From: an uncultured Flavobacteriaceae bacterium
GTDB lineage: Bacteria; Bacteroidota; Bacteroidia; Flavobacteriales; Flavobacteriaceae
Length of the DNA stretch: 64,000 nt
NCBI GenBank assembly: GCA_963973455.1
Contig: CAXAZF010000009.1
Coordinates: 36,984 to 100,983, forward strand
Direction: 5' to 3'
Shown here: positions 16,603-26,332 of the stretch, piece by piece
How the letters are laid out: the number at the start of each line of letters is the position of its first letter
How positions within the stretch are numbered: the first letter of the stretch is position 1
Position numbers and translations under genes: made by a program
The notes under the pieces: model-generated
Told to the model about the DNA's origin: nothing
The model's input: the letters and a program-made list of their open reading frames with translations, nothing else
Databases searched by the model: none

Positions 16603-17781
16603 ATGGTTAAAACCTTATTAGAATTACAAGCTACCAGAGACTACGGCTCTTTACTCATTACAGCTGAAGTAAAGAACAAAGTGGCTTATTTATCTATTGA
16701 AGGATATATACACCCGTGGGCGGACGCTTCATCCAAAAACTTAAAAAATGAAATAAAAAAACTTAAAAGCGAAGGTGCTACAGAAGCTGAATTGTATTTA
16801 AACACTGAAGGCGGTGTTTGTTTTCAAGCCAATGAAATGGTTAACATTTTAAAGGAAAACTTCGGAAACAATATCCCATTAAAAATAGGTGCTTTAGCAG
16901 CCAGTTCCGGAAGCTTTATCGTTGCTGTTTTTAACAAGACAGCTTCAGCGTATAAAAATTCCAAGTTTATGGTACATAAACCGCAAGGTGGTTTTAGAGG
17001 TACCGCAGCTCAAGTAAAAAAGTCGCTTAAATCCCTTCAAGATTTAGAAGATGATTATAAAAGAGAATATGCTCGAGCTTTCAATAAAACTGAAGATGAG
17101 ATTGAAGAAATGTGGAAAGATGGTGATCACTGGATGACCGCAGATGAAGCTTTAGAGGAAGGACTTATCTCTTCCATTATTGAAGAAGAAGCCGAAATAA
17201 CTCCTGCAGCACATTTACAATTAGTAGCTGCCGGCGCACCCGGAGTAACTAAAGAACCGGAACCAACCCCGGAACCAAAAAAGAAAAATCAAAACTCAAA
17301 TACAACCACTATGGACAAAAAAGTGTTGGCAGTAAAATTAGGACTGCCGGAAGATGCTACTGAAGCGCAAATTAATGCCGCTTTAGACAAGCAAAGAGAG
17401 CAGGCAAATACTGCCGCCACGCTCCAAGCCAAATTAGATGGCCAATCAAAAGAAGCCAAAGAAGCAAAAATTAAGGCTCTACTTGATAAAGGAGAAAAAG
17501 AGAAGAAATTCACTGGTGATATGCGCGCGCACTATCAAGCATTTGCAGAGGCAAATTACGAAGGTGCTGAAAAAGCCATTGAAGCTTTAGAGCCGGTGGC
17601 TAAAATCGACACCAAAAAAGACCCAAAGAATCCGGGCGGTGAAAGCACAAAGGATGCTCTTGAAAGCTACCAAGCTTATTTGGATGCTGAAAATGGTGAT
17701 GCACTTTGGGCAACTCTTGAAGAAGAGAATCCAGAATTAGCTGAAAAACTAATCACGGCACATTACAACAAAGAAAATTAA
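16603..17781 (+). CDS. ClpP-like (S14) prohead protease with C-terminal scaffold domain
   Basis: 'LYLNTEGG','ALAASSGS','FMVHKP','WMTADEALEEGL'; Pro-rich linker then MDKKVLAVKLGL scaffold. Confidence 0.85.
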   Translation: MVKTLLELQATRDYGSLLITAEVKNKVAYLSIEGYIHPWADASSKNLKNEIKKLKSEGATEAELYLNTEGGVCFQANEMVNILKENFGNNIPLKIGALAASSGSFIVAVFNKTASAYKNSKFMVHKPQGGFRGTAAQVKKSLKSLQDLEDDYKREYARAFNKTEDEIEEMWKDGDHWMTADEALEEGLISSIIEEEAEITPAAHLQLVAAGAPGVTKEPEPTPEPKKKNQNSNTTTMDKKVLAVKLGLPEDATEAQINAALDKQREQANTAATLQAKLDGQSKEAKEAKIKALLDKGEKEKKFTGDMRAHYQAFAEANYEGAEKAIEALEPVAKIDTKKDPKNPGGESTKDALESYQAYLDAENGDALWATLEEENPELAEKLITAHYNKEN

Positions 17782-17817
17782 ACCACGCTAAAACGCGATT
17801 ATAATACCATTTAAACG

Positions 17818-18819
17818 ATGAAAAATACAATTAGAAAAATAGTAGGATTGGCGGTTATAATGCTTGCCTTTTTGACTTTCAATGCGGTAAGCGGTCACCC
17901 GGTAGAAAGTTTGACAGATCAAATACCGCAAATGGCCTTTGCAGCTGTAGCAAAAAATGAGCTTGCTGTAAAAGAGCTTAATAAGCATTTTCGCCATTTA
18001 GATAGGCCTTGGATGGGTAGAATCCCTTCTAAAAATAATTGGGTTAACAACGATGTGATTAAGCTCAATGAAATTGGAGCTGATCCAGAAGTGTTGATCA
18101 ATAATAACACCTATCCAATTGCGGTTGCAGCTCGGCCAGATGAAAGCACGGTAATTTCATTATTTAAGTACGATACTACCAATACGGTTGTTACTGATGA
18201 TGAAATCTATGCGTTGCCTTATGATAAAATAGGCAGTGTGCAAATGCAGCACCGTGAAACATTAGAAGAGCAAACTGCAGATCACGGATTGCACTCATTG
18301 GCACCATATGAAAATACAGCAACAAGCCCAATAATTGAAACCACTGGCGAAACGGTTGATGGTAGAAAACGAATGGTCTATGCTGATTTGGATAACCTTA
18401 AAAAGAAGTTGAATAAACTGAAAGTGCCATTAAAAGGCCGTGTGTTAGTGTTATCAACAGATCACGCATCCGATTTATGTATTGAGGATAAAGACTTGAG
18501 AAATCAGTTGGCAAACCATAAAGAAGGAACCCCACCTCCAAGAATGGCCGGCTTTGATTTGTATGAAGATGTATATGCACCAAAGTATGATGGAAGCACT
18601 CAGAAAATCGCTTTCAATAGCGTGACTGAAGGGAAAGAAGCATCGGTTTATTTCTATGCGCCACGTACTGCAAAAGCGAAAGGATCAGTAAAAAGATACG
18701 CACGCTTAGCTGAGAACGACCCAGAGAATAGAGAAACCACTATGGGCTTTAGACTTTACAATATTGTAATTCCAACCCATAACACGTCAAACGGAGCAAT
18801 CATATCCGCAGACGCGTAA
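17818..18819 (+). CDS. major capsid protein
   Basis: Follows protease; 'GADPEVLINNNTYPI','VPLKGRVLVL','MAGFDLYE' typical of Bacteroidetes Mu-like capsids. Confidence 0.75.
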   Translation: MKNTIRKIVGLAVIMLAFLTFNAVSGHPVESLTDQIPQMAFAAVAKNELAVKELNKHFRHLDRPWMGRIPSKNNWVNNDVIKLNEIGADPEVLINNNTYPIAVAARPDESTVISLFKYDTTNTVVTDDEIYALPYDKIGSVQMQHRETLEEQTADHGLHSLAPYENTATSPIIETTGETVDGRKRMVYADLDNLKKKLNKLKVPLKGRVLVLSTDHASDLCIEDKDLRNQLANHKEGTPPPRMAGFDLYEDVYAPKYDGSTQKIAFNSVTEGKEASVYFYAPRTAKAKGSVKRYARLAENDPENRETTMGFRLYNIVIPTHNTSNGAIISADA

Positions 18820-18836
18820 TCTAAAAACAAACGATC

Positions 18837-19163
18837 ATGGAAAAATTTAAAATAGGAAGTGCTGTAGTTTTTGCTCTTGCATCTGCTGCAGCTATTGAGC
18901 TCGAAACTTCAGAGAGTAAGTCTGTTGTAACAATTGACTTGGAAGAGGATGCAACATTAGCATTATCAAGTGATGCTTTGCCAAGCCCCGGTGATGAGTT
19001 GATCTTAAAAGTTTCAAGTGATGCCACGGCTCGCGATTTAACATTAGGTACCGGAATTACCGCTCCAGTAATTGCCGGAGTGATCAACAAAACAAAGGTG
19101 CAAAGCTTTGTTTATGATGGTGGCAATTTTATCGCCACTGGCGCACCCGTGCAAATAGACTAA
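18837..19163 (+). CDS. beta-rich virion structural protein (head decoration candidate)
   Basis: Follows capsid; 'RDLTLGTGI...KTKVQSFVYDGGNFI'. Confidence 0.5.
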   Translation: MEKFKIGSAVVFALASAAAIELETSESKSVVTIDLEEDATLALSSDALPSPGDELILKVSSDATARDLTLGTGITAPVIAGVINKTKVQSFVYDGGNFIATGAPVQID

Positions 19164-19227
19164 AAGTAAAAAAGGCTGGCCAACTTATTGCAAGTGGCCG
19201 GCAACCCTTTGGGGTAAATAAAGAACA

Positions 19228-19659
19228 ATGGTTACAAGCAAAAATTGCATAGACAAATGGGGAAGCCCTTCAAACTTTAACGAAGGGCTTTTTATGAAAC
19301 TATGGGATATACCAGATGAAATTAATCAAAGTATTCCAGAGCTTCCAAATCGATTGTATTGCAATGAAAAAATTGTAAAACCATTAGAAAAAGCTTTTCA
19401 GAATATAATAGACCGCTGCTTAACTGACGAAGTAAAAACGTGGGATGGATGTTTTAACATCCGAAAAAAACGTGGTTTAAATAGTTGGTCACTTCATAGC
19501 TGGGGAATTGCAATAGATATCAATGCAGCTTGGAATGGATTAGGCAAAACACCTCAAATGAGCAAAGAACTTGTAAAGTGTTTTACAGATGAAGGTTTTG
19601 AGTGGGGTGGCAATTGGTCAAGAAAAGATGGAATGCATTTTCAATTAAAAAATATATAA
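19228..19659 (+). CDS. endolysin, peptidase M15 family
   Basis: 'R....SWSLHSWGIAIDIN','FEWGGNWSRKDGMHFQ' Zn-peptidase motifs. Confidence 0.88.
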   Translation: MVTSKNCIDKWGSPSNFNEGLFMKLWDIPDEINQSIPELPNRLYCNEKIVKPLEKAFQNIIDRCLTDEVKTWDGCFNIRKKRGLNSWSLHSWGIAIDINAAWNGLGKTPQMSKELVKCFTDEGFEWGGNWSRKDGMHFQLKNI

Positions 19660-20138
19660 TGAAAATAGGGAGTGTTACATTTTTGTTAGTGTTAGTACTG
19701 TTAACCTTGGTTGGCTGTAGGACGGTTAAGCCGACCAAGGAAACGGTGCGCACTGTTAAAGATAGTACCATTACCGAGGTAACGTACCAAAAACGAGATA
19801 CCACTATTATCATTCCTGGAGACACCTTAAAGGTTCGCGTTCCGTTTACTGAAATCACAAAAGAACCCTTTATTAAAAAGTCTGGAAGATCTACTGCAAT
19901 AATTACTCGTAAAGGTGATAGTATCGATGTAGAATGTATTACTGAAGAGTTATTACAAAGATTTGAGATTGTAGATAAAATGATAAAGGAACTACGGTTA
20001 ATACAAGAATCTGAAAAACAAAGAATAGAAATACCCGTGCGGTATATCCCTTGGTGGATTGAAATCCTTGCGTGGATTGGCGGTGCGGCATTAATAGGCT
20101 TAGGAATTGTCTTAGCCTTAAAACTTAAATTCATTTAG
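19659..20138 (+). CDS. unimolecular spanin candidate (lipoprotein with C-terminal TM)
   Basis: ATG 19659; lipobox LVGC; beta-rich middle; C-terminal TM WWIEILAWIGGAALIGLGIVLAL. Confidence 0.7.
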   Translation: MKIGSVTFLLVLVLLTLVGCRTVKPTKETVRTVKDSTITEVTYQKRDTTIIIPGDTLKVRVPFTEITKEPFIKKSGRSTAIITRKGDSIDVECITEELLQRFEIVDKMIKELRLIQESEKQRIEIPVRYIPWWIEILAWIGGAALIGLGIVLALKLKFI

Positions 20139-20140
20139 CG

Positions 20141-20602
20141 ATGCAAAAAAAAGAGATACAGGCGTTAGCCGAAAAATTCTTAAAAGACAATCCAACTGAA
20201 GGTGTGGTATTTGCCACAACGGACGGGCAATTGTTTACCAATGTGAACGCTGCCAAGCTTCACGCAACGACCAACCCAAAAAAGAAAAAACTAACAGTTT
20301 TGACTTTTGAGGCAAATGGAGCTGATACCGATTCTGGTAAAAAAGCTTCTACAGAAAACGATCGCCCAACTGCAAAAGAATTGATTGCTCAAGTGGCAAC
20401 ACTTAAAGACAAGGAAAAGCTTGATGCGTTGGAAAAAGCCGAAAACGATCACGATGAACCTGCTCGTAAAACGGTTATTGCGGCTATTGGAAAGCGTAGA
20501 GCTGAGCTTGCAGATGACGGCGGTACCGAAACCGACAAAAATCGTAAAAAAGACGATCCAGAAACGGAAGAAAATAAAGACGAACCAAAAAACGATAAGT
20601 AA
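20141..20602 (+). CDS. hypothetical phage protein preceding sheath
   Basis: Charged, 'RKTVIAAIGKRRAEL' helix; coupled to sheath gene. Confidence 0.6.
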   Translation: MQKKEIQALAEKFLKDNPTEGVVFATTDGQLFTNVNAAKLHATTNPKKKKLTVLTFEANGADTDSGKKASTENDRPTAKELIAQVATLKDKEKLDALEKAENDHDEPARKTVIAAIGKRRAELADDGGTETDKNRKKDDPETEENKDEPKNDK

Positions 20603-21819
20603 TGCCAGAGTTTGACGGAGTAATTGTAAACCAATTAGATGGCGGCCTTGGCCGTAGAACGCCAAGCGATGACGGCGTTGCCATTTTGGTAGTTGGTTCC
20701 GGGGTGGCCACCGGTAGTTTGGCCGTAAATACAGCAGCGAAATTGTTATCGTATCAAAATGCTGTAGACCTTGGTATTGATGCATCGTATGATGACACCA
20801 ATAGCATACTTGCCAATTATCATATTGACGAGTTTTTCAGAATTAACCCCAACGGAACGCTGTACGTTGTATTAGCAGACGGCACGTTTGACAATGATGC
20901 GTTAAAAGCAATCATTCGTGACAATACCGATATCCGTATGGTGGGTGTGGTACGCAATAGTGCCGATGCTGAAGCCGACTTCTCGGCTTACATCGGTGGC
21001 TACCAAACAATGGTTAACGAGCTGAAAACCGAGTTTATCTATGTAGATGCGGTGATTGTTGAAGGTAATGAGTTTGCTTCTGAAACGGCTATTGCTGCTT
21101 ATGATGACCTACGAGAAGAAGAAGCTGCCAACGTGAGTGTGGTTGCTATTCAAGACCCGGTTATTAGAGCCTTAGATGCTGCCTATGCCAAACACGCTGC
21201 AGTTGGTACTGTATTAGGTGGGCTGACCGTGCGAAAGGTAAATGAAGACCTTGGCTCAGTAAACATTATTGAAAAGCCAAGTTATGCCAAAGGACAAAGT
21301 ACGTTCCCATTAACCGATCGCGGTCGCGGTCGTTGGTTAAGTGCGGTACTGCAAAACGGTGTAGCTGTTAGCACGTTAACCCCTGCTGAAAAAACAGCTT
21401 TAACCGAAACCGGTTACATTTTTGTTGGAAGCTATGCAGGCCTTTCCGGTTTGTATTTCAATGCCGGTGTAAACTGTGCAGCGATTGAGAGCGATTACTC
21501 ACACATTGATAAAAACCGTATCTGGAACAAAGCCGCTCGCGGTATCCGTTTGGCTTTATTGCCACGCGTAAAGGGAAACTTATTAAAGACACCCGAGGGA
21601 AAGATACGCCCTACTGAAGCAGCCGAGCTTCAGCAGTTAGGAAAGCGGCCTTTAACCATTATGGAAACCGCTGAAGAGATTTCCGGCAGCTCGATCTATA
21701 TTGATCCAGACCAAACGGTGAACGATCAAAACCCTTTACAAGTAAAGGCACAGCTTCAAGTAAATGGTATCATTTACGAGATACAAGTAGACTTAGGATT
21801 AACAAATTCAATTGCATAA
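20602..21819 (+). CDS. contractile tail sheath protein (DUF2586)
   Basis: Size/position; 'GYIFVGSYAGLSGLYFN','HIDKNRIWNKAAR'. Confidence 0.85.
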   Translation: MPEFDGVIVNQLDGGLGRRTPSDDGVAILVVGSGVATGSLAVNTAAKLLSYQNAVDLGIDASYDDTNSILANYHIDEFFRINPNGTLYVVLADGTFDNDALKAIIRDNTDIRMVGVVRNSADAEADFSAYIGGYQTMVNELKTEFIYVDAVIVEGNEFASETAIAAYDDLREEEAANVSVVAIQDPVIRALDAAYAKHAAVGTVLGGLTVRKVNEDLGSVNIIEKPSYAKGQSTFPLTDRGRGRWLSAVLQNGVAVSTLTPAEKTALTETGYIFVGSYAGLSGLYFNAGVNCAAIESDYSHIDKNRIWNKAARGIRLALLPRVKGNLLKTPEGKIRPTEAAELQQLGKRPLTIMETAEEISGSSIYIDPDQTVNDQNPLQVKAQLQVNGIIYEIQVDLGLTNSIA

Positions 21820-21820
21820 T

Positions 21821-22252
21821 ATGGCAACAGTAGTAAACAGTTTAGGAAAACTTACCGGATGGAACGCCATCACATTACGCCTTTTAGGTCGTGATGTGGT
21901 TGGTATTACCAAAGTGCAGTACAACGATGAGAAAACGGTAGAAAAGCATATGGGTGCCGGTAACTATCCAGTAGGGAAAAGCTCTACCAATTACACCGCT
22001 TCCGCTTCTATTGATTTATATGAAGAAGAAGTGCGCGAGTTGGTAAAAGCATTACCAAGCGGCAACCGCCTGCAGGATATAGACGATTTTGATATCGTAG
22101 TATCGTATGCGTTACCGACCGGTGGTACCCAAAAAGATATTTTGCATAACTGCAGCTTCAGTACCAATGGTAAGGAAGTAAACCAAGGTGATGGACGTAT
22201 TATTAGATCGTTTGATCTTAACCCAACACACATCACAGAAAACGCAGCATAA
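21821..22252 (+). CDS. tail tube protein
   Basis: Follows sheath; 'GRDVVGITKVQYND','GAGNYPVG'. Confidence 0.8.
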   Translation: MATVVNSLGKLTGWNAITLRLLGRDVVGITKVQYNDEKTVEKHMGAGNYPVGKSSTNYTASASIDLYEEEVRELVKALPSGNRLQDIDDFDIVVSYALPTGGTQKDILHNCSFSTNGKEVNQGDGRIIRSFDLNPTHITENAA

Positions 22253-22581
22253 TGGACAAGAAGGTTAAAGAGTTTGGAAAAGCAACGGCGGCTCAAATTA
22301 AAGAATGGAAGGATGCGCATGGCGATGTTCGCTTAATGCAACAAATGGATGAAGATGGCAACGTGCATAACACCTACTTCCGCATCCCGAAAATTGACGA
22401 TAAGAGCTACGCAGCTAAAGCAGGCGGTGATGACGGTCTAAAAATAGCAACTGCACTTTACAATCAATGCCGTTTAGGTGGCAGTGATGAAGTTTCAGAA
22501 AATGATCAACTGAAGCAGGGTGTGATGCAAAAGATCGTTCAATTGGCCAAGCCAATAGACGGAGACGTAAAAAAGCTTTAA
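22252..22581 (+). CDS. tail assembly chaperone (G)
   Basis: Between tube and tape measure; ends on slippery A AAA AAG. Confidence 0.75.
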   Translation: MDKKVKEFGKATAAQIKEWKDAHGDVRLMQQMDEDGNVHNTYFRIPKIDDKSYAAKAGGDDGLKIATALYNQCRLGGSDEVSENDQLKQGVMQKIVQLAKPIDGDVKKL

Positions 22582-22802
22582 ACGGAGTTTGTGACGATGC
22601 GGCAGCCTTCGTAAGAGAAATAAAAACAGGAAACGCACTCATACGAAGTGCGTTTTTTGTTAACCCTAAAACCTTAGATGATGATCAATGGCTCGAGATG
22701 GTTTTAGAAGCATCGATCTTAGAGCAACACAGAGCAAAATTAGTTGGTGAAGCTGTGGCTAAAAGCATAGCACAAATAGCACTTAAAAACCCAAATGGCT
22801 AA
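22569..22802 (+). CDS. -1 frame extension of tail chaperone (T part of GT)
   Basis: 77 open codons from the heptamer: KKALNGVCDDAAAF...TLDDDQWLEMV...KNPNG*. Confidence 0.7.
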   Translation, partial: KKALNGVCDDAAAFVREIKTGNALIRSAFFVNPKTLDDDQWLEMVLEASILEQHRAKLVGEAVAKSIAQIALKNPNG

Positions 22803-24762
22803 GAAAAGTACACAATGGATATTAGAGCTTGTAGATGAGCTGAGCGCACCGTTAAAATCAATTAACCGTGATGCCAAGCTTGCTACATCCATTGGTGAGG
22901 ATTTAGGGGATGCCTACGATGATGTTTCCGATGATTTTAAAAAGTCTGGTAAATCTTCAAAAAAAGCCAGTAAAGAAATAGGTGATTCATTTGATGACGT
23001 TTCGAATGAGCTTAAAAACCTGAGTAAAGATTCAAAGAAAACCAGTGCCATTTTAGGTGATACTTTTGATGGTGTTTCTAAAGACATTAAAGATACGGGC
23101 GATGCTTCAAAAGTAACCGGTGCCGATTTTTCGGGAATGGTTGACGATATGATGGCCGGTGATTTCGGGTTTATACAAGACGGTTTAAAAGGCGTTGAAG
23201 GTGGCATTTATGGCATTAAAAAAGCTACCATGGCATTTCTTACTTCGCCAATTGGTGCTGCACTGGCTATTGTTGGAACCGTTGGGTTAATCACTAAAGA
23301 ATTTGTTGAATACAACGAGCAAGCCAAAGAGGCAAATATGCTCACCCAACAAATAACACGTACTACCGGTGATGCTGTTGACGATGCGCGCATACGAGCT
23401 TCAGCTTTTGTAAAAACCTTTGATGCCGATTTAAAAGATACACTTCAAGTTGCTAAAAACAATGTTGAAGCTTTTGATATTTCGTGGGAAGAAGCTTTCC
23501 GTACTATGGAAAACGGAATGATCCGTGGTGGAAAAGCCAACGATGATTATATGCAATCGCTTCGTGAATACCCAAAACTGTTTGCTAAAAACGGCTTTGC
23601 TTTTAAAGATTTTCAGCGCATTGTGAACGAAGGGATCGATCGTGGTATTTATGATGATAAGCTGCCGGATGCAATTAAAGAATTTACACTAAGTGTTACC
23701 GAGCAAACCGATACTACCAGAGAAGCACTTAACCGCGCATTTGGTAAGCAATTTACCGATGAGCTTTTTGCAAATATTACCAACGGCTCAATTACTATTA
23801 AGGAAGCGTTACTTCAAGTTTCTGAAGAAACAAAACGCGTAGGGGTTAACAGTACGAACGCTCAAATACTAACAGCTGATTTATTCCGTGGTGCCGGTGA
23901 GGATGCCGGTGGCTTTTTAGAAGTTATTGGTGCTGTTAACGATGCCCTTATTGAAGAAGAAGCTGCTTTAACTCCTTTAGAGCAAAAACTACAACAAACC
24001 GCCGATGCCAACCTACGATTAAAGCAAGCGCAAGATGAAGCTCTTAATAGTGAAAGCTATGCCGAGTTTTCAAACACCGTGAGCTTAACGTGGAAGGAAG
24101 TACAAATTGCCTGGTATAAAGGCGTTGATTATGTGGTAAAATTATTCAATTGGTGGAATGAAGAGATCATTACCAAAGCCGCGCAAGTTGCAGGTGTAAT
24201 TAAAATGGCCCCGGCTATCTTTCAAAATGCATTTGCCGACATTAAGCAAGAGCTGTTTGATCTCATTGGTACGTTTGGCGATTTTGGTGGCATAGCCAAA
24301 GATGTTTTTACTATGAATTTCACCGGTGCTTTAGAAGGCATCAAAAATTTTAAAGCCAACTTTAAAAATGAGTGGGCAGATGTTACCAATGTAGGAAAAG
24401 AAACCGCCAAGCAACTACAGGATGTTTACGAGACCACTGGTAAAAAAGTACGGGATGGATTTGAAACCAACCGAAAAGGCGCAGCGGCCGAAATGGCTCA
24501 AGCTACTAAAAGTAACTTATTGCCTTCGGGTGGTTCGGGTGGTTTTGATGCCGAAGGGAATACTGAAGGAAGTACTGCAGCTAAAAATGGTACCATTGGA
24601 AGCGGTTCCGGTTCTGGTGGTGGTAAGAACATACAAATGACTTTGAATTTTACACAAAACTTTTATGAAACGGCTAAAGAAGATGTGGAAGCTGTGGCCA
24701 CTTCAGTAATACGAATTATTAACGACCGCTTACGTGATGCGGTGATAACAGTAGGTAATTAA
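22795..24762 (+). CDS. tail tape measure protein
   Basis: 655 aa, Ala/Gly-rich helical, 'GIYDDKLPDAIKEF','ADLFRGAGEDAG' minor-tail domain. Confidence 0.9.
   Translation: MAKKSTQWILELVDELSAPLKSINRDAKLATSIGEDLGDAYDDVSDDFKKSGKSSKKASKEIGDSFDDVSNELKNLSKDSKKTSAILGDTFDGVSKDIKDTGDASKVTGADFSGMVDDMMAGDFGFIQDGLKGVEGGIYGIKKATMAFLTSPIGAALAIVGTVGLITKEFVEYNEQAKEANMLTQQITRTTGDAVDDARIRASAFVKTFDADLKDTLQVAKNNVEAFDISWEEAFRTMENGMIRGGKANDDYMQSLREYPKLFAKNGFAFKDFQRIVNEGIDRGIYDDKLPDAIKEFTLSVTEQTDTTREALNRAFGKQFTDELFANITNGSITIKEALLQVSEETKRVGVNSTNAQILTADLFRGAGEDAGGFLEVIGAVNDALIEEEAALTPLEQKLQQTADANLRLKQAQDEALNSESYAEFSNTVSLTWKEVQIAWYKGVDYVVKLFNWWNEEIITKAAQVAGVIKMAPAIFQNAFADIKQELFDLIGTFGDFGGIAKDVFTMNFTGALEGIKNFKANFKNEWADVTNVGKETAKQLQDVYETTGKKVRDGFETNRKGAAAEMAQATKSNLLPSGGSGGFDAEGNTEGSTAAKNGTIGSGSGSGGGKNIQMTLNFTQNFYETAKEDVEAVATSVIRIINDRLRDAVITVGN
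22903..23127 (+). repeat. three degenerate 75-bp (25-aa) tandem repeats in tape measure
   Basis: LGDAYDDVSDDFKKSGKSSKKASKE / IGDSFDDVSNELKNLSKDSKKTSAI / LGDTFDGVSKDIKDTGDASKVTGAD. Confidence 0.8.
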
Positions 24763-25361
24763 TGGGCTTTAACCCTAACATAAAAAACCTTTTAAACGAA
24801 GCTTTTGGACTTGACACTATTTTGGATGGTACCGGAAACTTTAAAGGTGTAACGGTGGTAGATAACGATATCGATATCCACCGGGTTACGTATTTGGGTA
24901 CGCCTATTATATTCCCGGTTATTCTTAAAGGTCAAAACTACCGTATTTATAAAGACAATGGCGAAGTGGGAACCATTTCGGTACGTGATTTTGAGTTGCC
25001 GGCGGTTACACTTTCCACCTTCAGCAGAAAGAAAAATTTAAGCAAAACCGAATTAACAGCCGGATATGGGTCTGTAACCGAAATGTATGGGTTTAGTGAT
25101 TGGCGTATTGAAATACGTGGCCTTTGTATAAAGGAAAAAAGCCATCCCCACGCTAAAACGGTGGAAGCTCAATTAAAACGATTGTACCAATTTGAAAAAA
25201 TAGCACAGCAAATACCCGTAGTAAGCTCGCTGTATAACAATGCCGGCATACAAGCCATTGAAATAGAGGAATTATACATCAACCAACTGGAAGGTAGGCC
25301 GGATGTAATTCCTTTTAGAATGAATTGCAAGAGTGCAGCACCTAAAGAATTGATTTTATAA
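24762..25361 (+). CDS. DUF6046-like tail/baseplate protein
   Basis: Follows tape measure; 'GYGSVTEMYGFSDWRIEIRG'. Confidence 0.65.
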   Translation: MGFNPNIKNLLNEAFGLDTILDGTGNFKGVTVVDNDIDIHRVTYLGTPIIFPVILKGQNYRIYKDNGEVGTISVRDFELPAVTLSTFSRKKNLSKTELTAGYGSVTEMYGFSDWRIEIRGLCIKEKSHPHAKTVEAQLKRLYQFEKIAQQIPVVSSLYNNAGIQAIEIEELYINQLEGRPDVIPFRMNCKSAAPKELIL

Positions 25362-26332
25362 TGTTAGTACTAAACGCACATATCGTTTTTGCACAATCGC
25401 GAGGCCGGAAGGAATTAAACCTTCGGAAGCCTGCGAATGTTCGTATTGAAAAGTCGTGGAAAGTACTAACCGATACTGCTATTATCACCTTACCACGTAA
25501 TGTGGCCGACTTTGATAAACAAAAAGTAAGTGATGTATTTCGCCCTGGTGATCCGGTAACGATCAACCTTGGTTATAACGGTCAATTTACGCAGGAGTTT
25601 ATCGGTTTTGTGAGTCGTGTATCGGCAGATATTCCTATTCAGATACATTGTGAAGATGCGATGTGGAAGTTAAAGCAAATACCAGTACACACATCGTTTC
25701 CAAAAGCAACGTTGCAGGAGTTGCTTTTTACCATTGTAGAAGATTATGCTGTGGACGCCCTCGAGGTGGACTTAGGAAAAGTGCGCTATGCCAACACAAC
25801 GGTTGCAAAGGTTCTGGACGATTTAAAGCGCACCTATGGCCTTTATAGTTATATGAGCGATGATACATTGGTATGTGGCAAGATATACGGAGACGATACA
25901 AATATTGCGCCCGTAACGCTTCATTTAGAAAAGAACGTCCATAAAAATGGCAACCGTCTGGAGTATAAAAATGCCGATGATCTAAACATAAAAGTAAAAG
26001 CGGTTAGCACGATGCCAGACGGTAAAAAAATAAGCGTGGAAGTTGGTGATGAAACTGGCGAAACAAGACAGTTAACCTATTACAATATTACCAATGAAGC
26101 CGATCTTAAAAAATTAGCTGAAGAAGATCTTCGCAAGTTTAAAGTAGATGGATATCGGGGTACGTTGACCACGTTTGGTTTACCGGTAGTTGAACACGGT
26201 TATAAAGTACAATTGGAAAGTGACTTGTATCCCGATCGTGCCGGGTTGTATTATGTAGAAAGTGTGAGTGTTCGCTTTGGTGAAGGCTATCAATATAGTA
26301 GAACGATAACCCTTGGAGATCGCGCACAATGA
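25361..26332 (+). CDS. baseplate hub protein (Mu gpP / late control D-like)
   Basis: 'LTDTAIITLPR','LGYNG....EFIGFV','CEDAMWKLK','GTLTTFGLPVVEHG'. Confidence 0.8.
   Translation: MLVLNAHIVFAQSRGRKELNLRKPANVRIEKSWKVLTDTAIITLPRNVADFDKQKVSDVFRPGDPVTINLGYNGQFTQEFIGFVSRVSADIPIQIHCEDAMWKLKQIPVHTSFPKATLQELLFTIVEDYAVDALEVDLGKVRYANTTVAKVLDDLKRTYGLYSYMSDDTLVCGKIYGDDTNIAPVTLHLEKNVHKNGNRLEYKNADDLNIKVKAVSTMPDGKKISVEVGDETGETRQLTYYNITNEADLKKLAEEDLRKFKVDGYRGTLTTFGLPVVEHGYKVQLESDLYPDRAGLYYVESVSVRFGEGYQYSRTITLGDRAQ

Noticed and set aside
18837-18900. Signal-peptide-like N-terminus (AVVFALASAAA) of the 108-aa protein after the capsid
   Set aside because: The hydrophobic run is short and continues into a beta-rich structural fold; capsid-adjacent position favours a decoration protein
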